DNA of 60,895 nucleotides from a virus (Duplodnaviria; Caudoviricetes): the IMG/VR virus record IMGVR_UViG_3300049432_000039, positions 1 through 60,895 of that record. One strand, 5' to 3'. The translations under genes were made by a program, and so were the position numbers. The notes beneath the pieces are model-generated. The model saw only the letters and a list, made by a program, of their open reading frames with translations. It did no database searches and was not told where the DNA came from. Shown piece by piece: positions 9,518 through 18,588 of this stretch. Position 1 is the stretch's first letter. Each line of letters begins with the position of its first letter.

Positions 9518-9829
9518 ATGACAGAACCGAGTAAGGTCCAGGCACTCACGCTGCGTACATTGGCCGAGGGCGGCGAACTGCGAACTGCCCGCTGGAACGA
9601 ATCGCGAGGGGGCGATCTGAGGCGAAATGGCTCTGTCTTTCGGCTCGTGCCGCGCAAGTCGATTCAGATCATGCAGTCACGCGGGTGGATCGCCCATGAG
9701 CCCGTTGCGTACGGCCAATCGATGATCGGATGGCACCTGACGGAGAACGGGCGCGCCCTAGCGGAGGCCGCCCAGGAGGCCGACAGCCGGCCAGCAGTGA
9801 CGAGCGACGAACGGGAGGCGAGGGGATGA
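9518..9829 (+). CDS. Hypothetical (winged-helix-like) protein
   Basis: SRGWI..WHLTENGRAL. Confidence 0.5.
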   Translation: MTEPSKVQALTLRTLAEGGELRTARWNESRGGDLRRNGSVFRLVPRKSIQIMQSRGWIAHEPVAYGQSMIGWHLTENGRALAEAAQEADSRPAVTSDEREARG

Positions 9830-10060
9830 AATCTTCGAGCGCGGGGACATCGTTATCGCAAAGGCATACGGGGGCGAGTTGATTACTCGCCGCGTCTGGC
9901 AGGACGTTGGTCGCGGAGTCATGATCTGCACCGAAGAGACCTATCAAACTGCCATCCGTGACGGCTACGAGGTGTTCGCGGTGGGCTTTCCAAAGGAGGA
10001 TGTCGAACTGGCTGACACCGCCCCCGCAGCGGCGACCACGGGCGAGGACTAGGAGGACTG

Positions 10061-10354
10061 ATGCCGCGCCCCCAGCCGGTCAATAAAATCGTCTGGGCCA
10101 CTGGGGCGAATTATGCTCGCGCCCGAGAACTCTTCGAGTATATCGAGGCGGGCCACATCGATATACCGAGTCGGTGGGGACAAGCCTACTTCAACCTTGA
10201 AGACGACGGCGTCACCATCGTGGGGTTCACAAACATTGGCTGGGAGCGCCTCGAAATTGCCGCATATCGGCTCGGGTGGGTACACATTCGATCGTTCATC
10301 GGAACGTATCTGCGCTGGGACTCAAAGCGGCAGAAGATCGTCATATCGACCTGA
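10061..10354 (+). CDS. Hypothetical protein
   Basis: AGGAGG RBS. Confidence 0.6.
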   Translation: MPRPQPVNKIVWATGANYARARELFEYIEAGHIDIPSRWGQAYFNLEDDGVTIVGFTNIGWERLEIAAYRLGWVHIRSFIGTYLRWDSKRQKIVIST

Positions 10355-10417
10355 CCCGCCAGTCCACCGCCAGCACCGGCGCTCGCTGTGGGACGGGTGG
10401 TTTATACTGTAGGTTCT

Positions 10418-10619
10418 CACGCCGCGTGTAGTGGGTACCGCCCGTAACAAGGTCAAGCTCGCTGGACGCATGGGCATCGGAGTCAGGGCACGCCCCGTGC
10501 GCACGGGGACCAACCGGGATAATCCAGTGCTCTGGCTCCAGGGTGCGACAGGCCACTCGGACGCCTGCGGTAGCGGGACTGGGCAACCCCGCGGTGCCCT
10601 ACTCAGCCAGCCAACGGCG
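10418..10619 (+). ncRNA. Candidate structured ncRNA (about 200 nt)
   Basis: Follows TATACT at 10403; stems 10428-10441/10591-10602 and 10479-10491/10527-10539; no convincing ORF. Confidence 0.5.
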
Positions 10620-10708
10620 CCAGCTGTGGGACGGGTGGTAGAATCCTGATGCCTCGCGTACACTCAGATTCGACCATGGATAGCGATCTGTGGGTGCGCG
10701 GGGCTCCA

Positions 10709-10782
10709 GGGCCGCTAGCTCAACTGTGAAGAGCGCCCGCCGTATGCGCGGGAGGTTCGAGAATCACAAACTCGGTGGCCCA
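10709..10782 (+). tRNA. Degenerate tRNA / tRNA-like RNA (nominal anticodon TAT)
   Basis: Acceptor GGGCCGC/GTGGCCC, D stem GCTC/GAGC, anticodon stem CCCGC/GCGGG, variable loop AGGTT; lacks U33 and the canonical T-loop. Confidence 0.6.
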
Positions 10783-10985
10783 CCTTCGCTAGTTGAGACG
10801 CACGCACTCAGCTACCGGAGTGGAGGTTCCGGCAACGGGCCAGGGCCGGTCTCAGTAATGGGGCCGGTTTCTCTTTGCCCTGCCCCGTTGGCCTTTATTA
10901 CGCGCAACTGCCCATCGGCAACATACAGCCGCCCCACAGTCCCCGGTATGCCGCGAGCGCGTACTATGGCCCGTTGGCCGGCGGC

Positions 10986-11255
10986 TCAGATGGTGCGCTC
11001 CAGACGCTCCAACACGGCGCGTAGGGTGTAGTCCGTTGGCCTTGTCCGGTCCTGCTCCCAATTCTGGAGCGTCGGGCGAGGAATGCCGATCAGCTTCGCG
11101 GCTTGAGCCTGAGAGAGACCGCGCAACCGCCGCGCCATCTGGATCTGCCCAGCTGGGGTGAGCGGCTCCTCCGGGGGTACCTGACACTCTGGGCACCCCG
11201 GATCGTACGCGCCGGCCGCGCCGCAGGCGCCGCATGGAACGCCCCGACCGCTCAT
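10986..11255 (-). CDS. XRE-family HTH regulator with N-terminal CxxC motifs
   Basis: RRLRGLSQAQAAKLIGIPRPTLQNWEQDRTRP. Confidence 0.8.
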   Translation of the reverse strand: MSGRGVPCGACGAAGAYDPGCPECQVPPEEPLTPAGQIQMARRLRGLSQAQAAKLIGIPRPTLQNWEQDRTRPTDYTLRAVLERLERTI

Positions 11256-11494
11256 CGGGAAGACCCTAGCGCGATAGCGATTGTCGCCATTGTCGCTGAC
11301 GTGAGCGTCTTGCCGCCGTGCTGCATCGTCTCGCCAGAGCGGACCCGCGCTGCCAGGGTCTCCGCGATCTTGAGCTGCTTCGACTCGGGAGCCTTCGATG
11401 CCAGGGCGACAAACTCACTGACGACTGCCTGATCGATCTGTCCAACTGCTGCGAAGTTCCGCATCGCGCTGATCTCTCGTGCTTCGAGTGCCAT
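11252..11494 (-). CDS. Hypothetical protein upstream of the HTH gene
   Basis: GAGGGGG RBS, ATGA coupling, own promoter. Confidence 0.6.
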   Translation of the reverse strand: MALEAREISAMRNFAAVGQIDQAVVSEFVALASKAPESKQLKIAETLAARVRSGETMQHGGKTLTSATMATIAIALGSSR

Positions 11495-11521
11495 GTCCGT
11501 CCCCCTCGCTGGTGTACCCTC

Positions 11522-11550
11522 ACTATACGCTATCAGCGTATACCTGTCAA
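11522..11550 (-). promoter_or_regulatory. Promoter with overlapping palindromic operator
   Basis: TTGACA-17-TATAGT; TATACGCT-N3-AGCGTATA. Confidence 0.7.
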
Positions 11551-11632
11551 TAGGGTAAACGGCAATTCAGGCACCAATCCGGGAAACTCATCACCAGCTC
11601 GTTGGCCGGCGGCTGGTGCGCGGTGGTGGGTG

Positions 11633-11811
11633 GGGGTGACCAAAACCAGATGTCACCCTAAAGGTCCGAAGATGGCACCCGATTGGTACCGTTCGCGGCC
11701 GTCTGCGAAAGACCCACCAGATAGCCCAGGAGCCGACCCGATTTTGCATCAACTCGCTGAGTCTCACCCTCACTCGGAAGGACGAGTAGCCGAGTCACCC
11801 ATAAGTCACCC
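11633..11811. other. Putative attP region with arm-type repeats
   Basis: TCACCC motifs at 11633-11640 (inverted), 11652, 11763, 11794 and 11805; non-coding; downstream of the integrase. Confidence 0.5.
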
Positions 11812-11843
11812 GTAGCGCGCTAGAATGTTCCCCCGGAGGCCAT

Positions 11844-12374
11844 ATGCGCTACTGGTTTGACACTGAGTTCATCGAGGATGGCAAGACCATCGACCTGATC
11901 TCCATCGGCATCGTGGCCGAGGACGGTCGCGAGTTCTACGCCCAGAACCTAGACACCCACTTCGATGGGGCGAGCGATTGGGTGCAGAAGAACGTTATCG
12001 CCCATCTGTCTAACATGGAGTATTGGCATCACCGTGACGGCGACCCGGTCGGATGGTTCACACGGGAGTCGATCAGTGCCGGCATACGGACGTTCTGCGA
12101 CCCGGTGGCCTACGGCAAGCCCGAGGTGTGGGCCTACTACGCTGACTATGACTGGGTTGTGCTCTGCCAGCTATTCGGGACCATGATGGATCTCCCAAAA
12201 GGCTGGCCGATGTACTGCCGGGACATCAAGCAGTGGGCCGACATGCTCGGGAATCCGAAACTTCCGAAGCAGGAGAGCGGCGAACATCACGCACTCGCCG
12301 ATGCTCGGTGGAACCGTCAGGCTTGGGAGTTCCTGCGCGATACGGCATCCTCATCGGATTCGCCAGATAGATAG
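11844..12374 (+). CDS. DEDD 3'-5' exoribonuclease (Rv2179c-like)
   Basis: FDTEF..YDWV..HHALADA. Confidence 0.85.
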   Translation: MRYWFDTEFIEDGKTIDLISIGIVAEDGREFYAQNLDTHFDGASDWVQKNVIAHLSNMEYWHHRDGDPVGWFTRESISAGIRTFCDPVAYGKPEVWAYYADYDWVVLCQLFGTMMDLPKGWPMYCRDIKQWADMLGNPKLPKQESGEHHALADARWNRQAWEFLRDTASSSDSPDR

Positions 12375-12427
12375 GCGTCAACAGCACGCCTCACGGTCTG
12401 CTGGTCACCACTGGGCATGGAGTGAAC
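12317..12427 (-). pseudogene. Stranded former integrase C-terminus
   Basis: VHSMPSGDQQTVRRAVDAYLSGESDE.. resembles the current tail IHASAEGREEVGKLIDQYLSDTSE. Confidence 0.55.
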
Positions 12428-12428
12428 T

Positions 12429-12495
12429 GGTATAATTGACGCAAGAATGCCCCGGCACTGCTGAAACAGTCCGGGGCTCACCGAGGTGTAGCTCG
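12429..12495 (+). promoter_or_regulatory. HNH leader 2: TATAAT promoter, bulged hairpin and RBS
   Basis: GGTATAAT..AGAAT GCCCCGG C ACTG CTGAAA CAGT CCGGGGC TCACCGAGGTGTAGCTCG ATG. Confidence 0.7.
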
Positions 12496-13215
12496 ATGCC
12501 TGTTCAGTGTACCTGCCTCCAATGCGGCGGCGCCTTTACTGTTCGGCCAAGTCGAATTCGCGTGGGGACTGGCAAGTACTGCTCCTATGCGTGCAGCGAC
12601 GCCGCGAAGTTGACGCTGGTAGAACGCCCGTGCGTCATCTGCTCCACGTCGTTTATGGTACGAGCGGCGAAGAAGCAAGAGTGTTGCGGCACGCGATGCG
12701 CCCTGCGACTCGTTCAGAACCGGAAGCGCACGCCGCTCAACGTTCGGTTCTGGTTGAAAGTCAGCAAAGACGGTCCGGTCCCCGCGCATCGCCCGGAGCT
12801 CGGCCCATGCTGGCCCTGGACTGGCAGAACGGGCAGCCACGGGTATGGCCTGATCCGCCGAGGCGAAGGGGACTACGCTAACCTTGAAGCCCACCGCGCA
12901 TCATGGGAACTCCATCGAGGGCAGATCATGGACGGACTCTGGGTGCTTCACCACTGCGACAATCGCCCCTGTGTCAGGCCGGATCACCTGTTCCTTGGTA
13001 CCTCGCCGGACAACCATGCCGATATGGTCAGTAAGGGTCGGCAGGCACGAGGCGAGAAGACGAACACGGCCCGACTGACTGAGTCTCAGGTATTAGAGAT
13101 CAGGCAGCGGCGAGCATCAGGTGAACGGCAGACGGATCTCGCCCGAGAATTCAGTGTCAGTGTCAACACCATCGGGAACATCTTCCGTCGAGAAACTTGG
13201 GCACACCTGCCTTAG
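12496..13215 (+). CDS. HNH homing endonuclease with Zn-finger repeats and C-terminal HTH
   Basis: RFW.KV..CWPWTG..AHR..VLHHCDNRPCVRPDHLFLGT..DN. Confidence 0.9.
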   Translation: MPVQCTCLQCGGAFTVRPSRIRVGTGKYCSYACSDAAKLTLVERPCVICSTSFMVRAAKKQECCGTRCALRLVQNRKRTPLNVRFWLKVSKDGPVPAHRPELGPCWPWTGRTGSHGYGLIRRGEGDYANLEAHRASWELHRGQIMDGLWVLHHCDNRPCVRPDHLFLGTSPDNHADMVSKGRQARGEKTNTARLTESQVLEIRQRRASGERQTDLAREFSVSVNTIGNIFRRETWAHLP

Positions 13216-14369
13216 CCTGACTGTTGCTCTTGCTCGCTCGTGTCGCTGAGGTACTGGTCGATAAGTTTTCCGACCTCCTCGCGACCCTCTGCTGAGGCAT
13301 GGATGTAGGTTTTGAGAGTGACCCCGGGGTTGGAGTGCCCCAAACGTTCGGCCACGGCCGCCGCCGAGGCGCCGCCTTCAAGTAACGCGCTCGCCAACCC
13401 ATGACGGGCGGCATGGGGAGTCAAGTCATCCAGTTTCAACTCAGCAACGAGTTTATGTAGGTCGTCGGTCACGATGAAGGCTGACCATGGCTGCGTTTCA
13501 CCCGTTCGCTTGCGCGGATAGGGTGACTGCATGACCAGAGTCGATCCCTCCGGCTGACTGTTACGGTGACGGATTAGGGCGCTGATCACCATTGGGGGAA
13601 GGTCTACCCACCGGGGAACCCTGGACTTCGGGAGCTCTCGCCATGCCGAACCTGTCCACTGCCGTTGAATCCAGGCCCGGCGTCCGGCCAGGTCAACGTG
13701 ACTCCACGACAGGCCGAGCACTTCCCCAATTCTTAGACCGCACCCTAGCAAAAGAGCGTAGGCAGCCTCGAACCTATGCCCGACGATGGCAGCACGCAAC
13801 AGTGCCGCCTCGGCTGGTGAGACGTGACGACGTGCCGTGCGGGGCGGGGTCTTTGGAAGCGTGAGCCGGCGCGCGGGGTTACGGGCGAGCCGCTCGTCAT
13901 CGACTGCGGCTTCCAGGCAGGCCCGCCAGACACCGACCGCCTGATGCACGGTGGCGGCGCCAATACGGCCACTCAGCGCTCCCACGATGCCCTGAAGCAT
14001 GGACGGCCTCACTTCGGCCAACAGCGCCTCGTACAGGGGCGCGAGCTGCTGAAGCAGATACAGATAGTGTCGGCTGGTGTTCGGCGCCAGGATCGGCGCG
14101 ACGTAGGTGTCCCACCAGGAGCCGACCCAGTAGCCGAGCGTGACCGTGGCCGGCGCGGGTGCAGATAGTATCTGCGGAAAAACGAAACTATCGAGCCACG
14201 CGATGGCCTCGTCTTCACAGCCGCGCGGAAACTCGCGCGCTGTCCGCTTCGGATCGACGGCCGCCGGTAGCCGAGCGCGCACTGTCCCCGTGGCCGGATC
14301 GACGCTGATAGATCCGGTGCCACGGCGCCGGCGTAGTGGCTTCTCGGGTTTCTTTCGACGGGGCATCAC
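13212..14369 (-). CDS. int: Tyrosine integrase
   Basis: GLRIGE (R), H..RH, LGH, KTY catalytic motifs. Confidence 0.95.
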   Translation of the reverse strand: MMPRRKKPEKPLRRRRGTGSISVDPATGTVRARLPAAVDPKRTAREFPRGCEDEAIAWLDSFVFPQILSAPAPATVTLGYWVGSWWDTYVAPILAPNTSRHYLYLLQQLAPLYEALLAEVRPSMLQGIVGALSGRIGAATVHQAVGVWRACLEAAVDDERLARNPARRLTLPKTPPRTARRHVSPAEAALLRAAIVGHRFEAAYALLLGCGLRIGEVLGLSWSHVDLAGRRAWIQRQWTGSAWRELPKSRVPRWVDLPPMVISALIRHRNSQPEGSTLVMQSPYPRKRTGETQPWSAFIVTDDLHKLVAELKLDDLTPHAARHGLASALLEGGASAAAVAERLGHSNPGVTLKTYIHASAEGREEVGKLIDQYLSDTSEQEQQSG

Positions 14370-14750
14370 TCACACCAGAAGAGATACCCGTGCGCGCCTT
14401 CGGCCACGCGGGCGAGCGCCCATGCAATGGCTTCGTACTCGGCAGCCGTTCCAAGCAGTAACCGATTGAGCATGACCACCGGCGCGCCCTCACCGATCAG
14501 GACGGATGCCCGCACCGCTGGGTCTCCCTCGGCTACCCAAACCTGAATGCCGCCGGCTTCTCCAAAAAGCCAGGTAGATGGACGGGTTGGCCTTACCTGC
14601 GCAGCATGACTCACGGCCGCCTCCCCCGGTGGGCACCTTAGTCGCCGCATTGCGACGAAAAGCAGACGGTAGCACGATGATGCGTCCCTCGTCTAGAAGA
14701 AACGCGCAACACCGGCAACCGGATGCACCGGAGTAGTTACCCCTGTTAGG

Positions 14751-15191
14751 TCAATTCGTGCGCGCCAATCGCGCAGTGCGCGCAATCCCGACCGATTCGC
14801 GCAGCCATCGCAGAATCGTTTCAGCGACTTCAGGCGGCTCGTCGGCCAATTGACCGAGGATATCGGCACCTTCAGCAATCCGAATTTCCCGGGCAGCAAC
14901 GTCTCCGCAGATACCAAGACGGCTCGCGAGGGCGCCAGGTTCCATCCGGAATGCGACAGCCAGCGGAGCGAGAGCCGGCAGTGGCAACGGCGTTTCGCCG
15001 CGCTCCCAGGCAGAGATGGTCTTTGAGGACGACCCCGACTCCATCCCAGCCGCCTGAAGTCGAGCCGCAAGCTCAACCTGTTTTAGCTCATGGGATTCGC
15101 GGATCGCTCTCAGCTTAAGGCCGACCGACTTCACGATGTCAACGAATGGTCCGCTCGCTGTCATTCTTTCCTCACGAGAGTTACCTGACAA
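14751..15191 (-). CDS. XRE-family immunity repressor
   Basis: LRAIRESHELKQVELAARL..ISAWERGE; upstream of int and divergent from the early operon; start uncertain. Confidence 0.8.
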   Translation of the reverse strand: MSGNSREERMTASGPFVDIVKSVGLKLRAIRESHELKQVELAARLQAAGMESGSSSKTISAWERGETPLPLPALAPLAVAFRMEPGALASRLGICGDVAAREIRIAEGADILGQLADEPPEVAETILRWLRESVGIARTARLARTN

Positions 15192-15294
15192 AATCCTAGC
15201 ATGGGTATTGACAGGTGTGACGCCGTGTGCATAGAATAGGTTCCAGGAATCCGAGACTTGGTGGTATCATGGCCGCTGAATCCAGAAATCCTAG
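15191..15294 (+). promoter_or_regulatory. Early promoter and candidate operators
   Basis: TTGACA(15208)-18-TAGAAT(15232); AAATCCTAG at 15191 and 15286, variant GAATCCGAG. Confidence 0.55.
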
Positions 15295-15460
15295 AGATGA
15301 ATCTTCCGATGCTGGAATGGTGCGGTCGTCGATCACGCTACCGCAGTGGCTCATTGACGAGATTGACCGGATCGTAGACCGCCGCCTGACCAATCGGTCC
15401 GCTGTGATTCGTGAGGCCATTCTGGCGTGGCTGCCGAGCCAAAAGGAGGAAGCAGCGTGA
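15269..15460 (+). CDS. CopG/ribbon-helix-helix regulator in the Cro position
   Basis: SITLPQWLIDEIDRIV..NRSAVIREAI. Confidence 0.8.
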   Translation: MAAESRNPRDESSDAGMVRSSITLPQWLIDEIDRIVDRRLTNRSAVIREAILAWLPSQKEEAA

Positions 15461-15768
15461 CTACCGACACCCTCCTGACCGCGAAAGAGGCCGGCGCCAT
15501 CCTTCGGTGCGGCCGGACCTTCCTGACGGTCCACGCTGCCGAGCTGGGCGGGATCAAAGTAGGGTCGCGGCTCAAGTTCCGGTCTGACCGGATCGAGCGT
15601 TACATCGCTGAACGCAGCATCGTGGTGGCAGTACGCGGCGCGCAGACGGCGCCCGCTCGGCACCCCGTAGACATCGCGAAGCACCGCAGTCCGATGAACC
15701 CAGTTACGAAGGCTGCCTGGGGCGCACCCGCCGCCGTGTCATCGGGCAGGGAGGGACGGGGACGGTGA
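15457..15768 (+). CDS. Excisionase-like HTH protein
   Basis: LLTAKEAGAILR..GGIKVGSRLKFR. Confidence 0.7.
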   Translation: MTTDTLLTAKEAGAILRCGRTFLTVHAAELGGIKVGSRLKFRSDRIERYIAERSIVVAVRGAQTAPARHPVDIAKHRSPMNPVTKAAWGAPAAVSSGREGRGR

Positions 15769-16525
15769 GCGGACGACTCGCGTGCTCCGACTGTGGCCGC
15801 AACTCGCCGCAAGGCCGTCATGCCAGCTGTCACGTGCTTGCCGAGCTGAAGGCAGCCCGCGAGCGTGGCTTGAGTGGCGTAGGACGCGGATTCCTTGTCC
15901 GGTCTGACTGGCTCAGCGGCGAGGTGTTCGGAGTTCACGACCTGACGCACGGTCGGCTGCATCGAACCATCGCGGCGCTACGGCGAGCAGGCCATGTGAT
16001 CGACACCATCGGCGGCGGCTGGTCTGGCTGCTCCTACCGTCTGCATCGGGAGGCCACAGCATGATCTCCCCCGCTCCCCGCCCACGGACGGCCGTGCTGG
16101 AGGCGGCACGAGAGGCGCAACGTGCCTACGTGCGGCATTTCGCGTGGTGTCAGGCAGCGGCCTATAGGCGTCCTTGCCGCGAATGTCGTGCCCTGGACCT
16201 GACTGTTTCAGCGCTGTACGCGCGGGCCGATGCCCAATGACCCGCCATCCGCCCCTCGCTGCCAGGCGTGCCACGGGAATGAGGAGGGAAGTTGACACAG
16301 CCAGCCAATCGCGTCACCCGATGGTGTCCCGTCCACGAGGACGAGATGGTCAAGCGGGGTACGGCACGGTGCCGGCGCTGCAAGGTCGATTTGAGCCTGC
16401 CACGACGACGGCGCATCGGCGTGCCGGCCGACCGACTCAAGCCGATGCGAAAGAAGGGGGAATCGACCCAACGCGCAGTGGAGCGATGGAAGAAGGGCAC
16501 GGCCCGCTAGCCGAGAGGACCACGA

Positions 16526-16756
16526 ATGGAACCCGACGAGACTCCGGAGATTCACGAGGCATTTGTCTACCAGCAGCCGAACGCCGAGCACATCGCGGCG
16601 ATTCAGGCTGTGCGGAAAGCGCTGGGCCACGCGGCCAACGTCATCAAGGCGAGCGTGCCGGGATGCGCGGAGCAGACGCTAGCGATTCGGAAACTCGAAG
16701 AGGCGTCGATGTGGGCGAACAAGGGCATCGTGTTCGACGGCCGGCGCTACCTGTAG
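16526..16756 (+). CDS. Acb2/Tad1-like nucleotide-signal sponge (anti-defence)
   Basis: F.Y..P..R..EQTLAIRKLEEASMWANKGI. Confidence 0.75.
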   Translation: MEPDETPEIHEAFVYQQPNAEHIAAIQAVRKALGHAANVIKASVPGCAEQTLAIRKLEEASMWANKGIVFDGRRYL

Positions 16757-16881
16757 CCGAACCCGACTGCCCGTCCACGCCGGCCAATCTCGCCTACCCC
16801 GAGTGCGGCCGGTGCGGCGCGGGCAGACATGAAGAGACGACTGCCAGTCGTTAGCTAGCAGCCGTCAAGAAGGAGACGCAC

Positions 16882-17187
16882 GTGACCAACGAATCTGCGC
16901 CACCCGTGAAGAAGACTACCACACTGCGCGACGCCCACATGGCGTACCTTGACCGACGCCTCGACATCGCCGAGCGCAACCTCGCGCTGCGAGAGCGGGA
17001 GCTGGCGCTCAAAGAGCAGGCGTTCGCCTTCCACCAGCAGCAGGCCGCCGACGAGAAAGAGGCCCGCGAGAAGGCGATGGCGGGCATGTCCGGCCTCCGC
17101 GAGCTGATGGCGACCATCCACGAGGACCACGAGGAAGAGAACGAGTTGTTGGACGCGGTCGCTCACCGCAAGGGAGGCCGGGCATGA
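16882..17187 (+). CDS. Coiled-coil hypothetical protein
   Basis: AAGGAG RBS, heptad pattern. Confidence 0.6.
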   Translation: MTNESAPPVKKTTTLRDAHMAYLDRRLDIAERNLALRERELALKEQAFAFHQQQAADEKEAREKAMAGMSGLRELMATIHEDHEEENELLDAVAHRKGGRA

Positions 17188-17591
17188 TGGCCCACGCCGC
17201 AGATCCGCGACAGGCGGGGCCGTTGGGAGAGGGGGCTGTGGTGGCGAACTTCACCCCCGGCCCGTGGTCCTTCTACCTAGACCCCGAAGGCTACTACGCC
17301 ATCAAACACGAGTCCGAGGCGCACGAGCCGGGCGACGTTGCGCACATCTACATCCCGGGCAGTACCGACCCTGAGTACGACGACGGCAATGAAGGGCTCG
17401 CCAACGCTCAGCTGATCGCCGCCGCTCCGGCCATGTTCGAGGCGCTGAAAGAGATCGACCGTCTCGTCTCGGGCGGGATCTGCGTAGTCGGTCACAAAGG
17501 CAAGGACCGCTATATCCGTCTGATCGGGCAGCAGGTTGATGCTGCTCTGAACCCGCTCCCCGCTCCAGACACCAGCGCGGAGGGGCAGTGA
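17184..17591 (+). CDS. Phage hypothetical protein (TPGPW..ANA.LIAAAP family)
   Basis: FTPGPW and ANAQLIAAAP motifs. Confidence 0.65.
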   Translation: MMAHAADPRQAGPLGEGAVVANFTPGPWSFYLDPEGYYAIKHESEAHEPGDVAHIYIPGSTDPEYDDGNEGLANAQLIAAAPAMFEALKEIDRLVSGGICVVGHKGKDRYIRLIGQQVDAALNPLPAPDTSAEGQ

Positions 17592-18057
17592 CGATGGCGA
17601 GTAAGCGCGGACTCAAGATCACGGTCGAAGACCTGGAGACCGGCGAGATCGAGACGGTCGAGATGCCGATGGGCGAGTACTTCATTTTGGCTACTGAGCC
17701 GTGCCACGTGTCTCACACCCAGGTGTTCGGCGGTGGCAAGACCGTCCAGCTGACGATCAAAGGGCGGGTATTGCGATGACGCTCATCCTGAACTTCGTCT
17801 CCCTGATCCTCGCCCTGCTCCTGCTCACCGTCGCGCTGATGCTCGGTGGGGGACTGGGATGAAAGTCATCCGAGCACTCGTTCAACCCGCCCCGTACTGG
17901 CAGTCCGAAGCCAAGCGACTGTCACGGCACGGCTACTCGGGCAAGCGCCCCGATCTCGCTCAGGGCAGCGCCGCTGAGGCGTGCCGTCAGGCTGCTGCCA
18001 CCGCTCGGCTGTGGGGATTGCCAGTGGGTGTGGTGACCACGGTGGAGGTGCAGTCAC

Positions 18058-18588
18058 ATGGTACTCAGTGACCGCCAACTCTCCCTCATGTACCCCGATT
18101 CCAAGAGCATCGGTCCGGCCAGCATCAACCTGCACATCGGTAGCGTGTTGTGGTTCTGGCCGTCCAACGTACCCCGTGATCCACGATGCGATCAGTCAGA
18201 CATCTGGCAGCGAGTCCCACTGACGAGTTCGAACGGCACAGACCCGAACTGGATTCTGATACCCGATCTTCGCTATCTCGCGGCCACCCGCGAGCGTATC
18301 CGCATCCCGAACGACTGCGCCGGCCAGATTGGCGCACGGTCGAGTTGGGGACGTGACGGATTGGCCGTGATCTGCGGCCCTGCCGGCTGGTGCGATCCGG
18401 GCTACGTCGGGAATCCCACGCTTGAGCTGTCGGTGATCGGGTCCGAGTTGGTGCTGTGGCCAGGTGCCGCTATCTGCCAGTTGATCCTGCACCGACTGGA
18501 GACCGAGTGCGTGCGCCCGTACGCGGGCAAGTACAGCGGAGATACCGAGCCAACGCCGAGCAGGTTGTTTCAGGAGGCCCGGCCATGA
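18058..18588 (+). CDS. dcd: dCTP deaminase / dUTPase-family protein
   Basis: PASINLHIG, RSSWGRDGL, DPGYVG..TLE, ICQL, YAGKY. Confidence 0.85.
   Translation: MVLSDRQLSLMYPDSKSIGPASINLHIGSVLWFWPSNVPRDPRCDQSDIWQRVPLTSSNGTDPNWILIPDLRYLAATRERIRIPNDCAGQIGARSSWGRDGLAVICGPAGWCDPGYVGNPTLELSVIGSELVLWPGAAICQLILHRLETECVRPYAGKYSGDTEPTPSRLFQEARP

Noticed and set aside
11614-11630. Minus-strand CCCACCACCGCGCACCA as a tRNA 3' end marking the att core
   Set aside because: It is short, lacks a T-loop and lies outside the arm-type repeats; it cannot be supported without a host genome.
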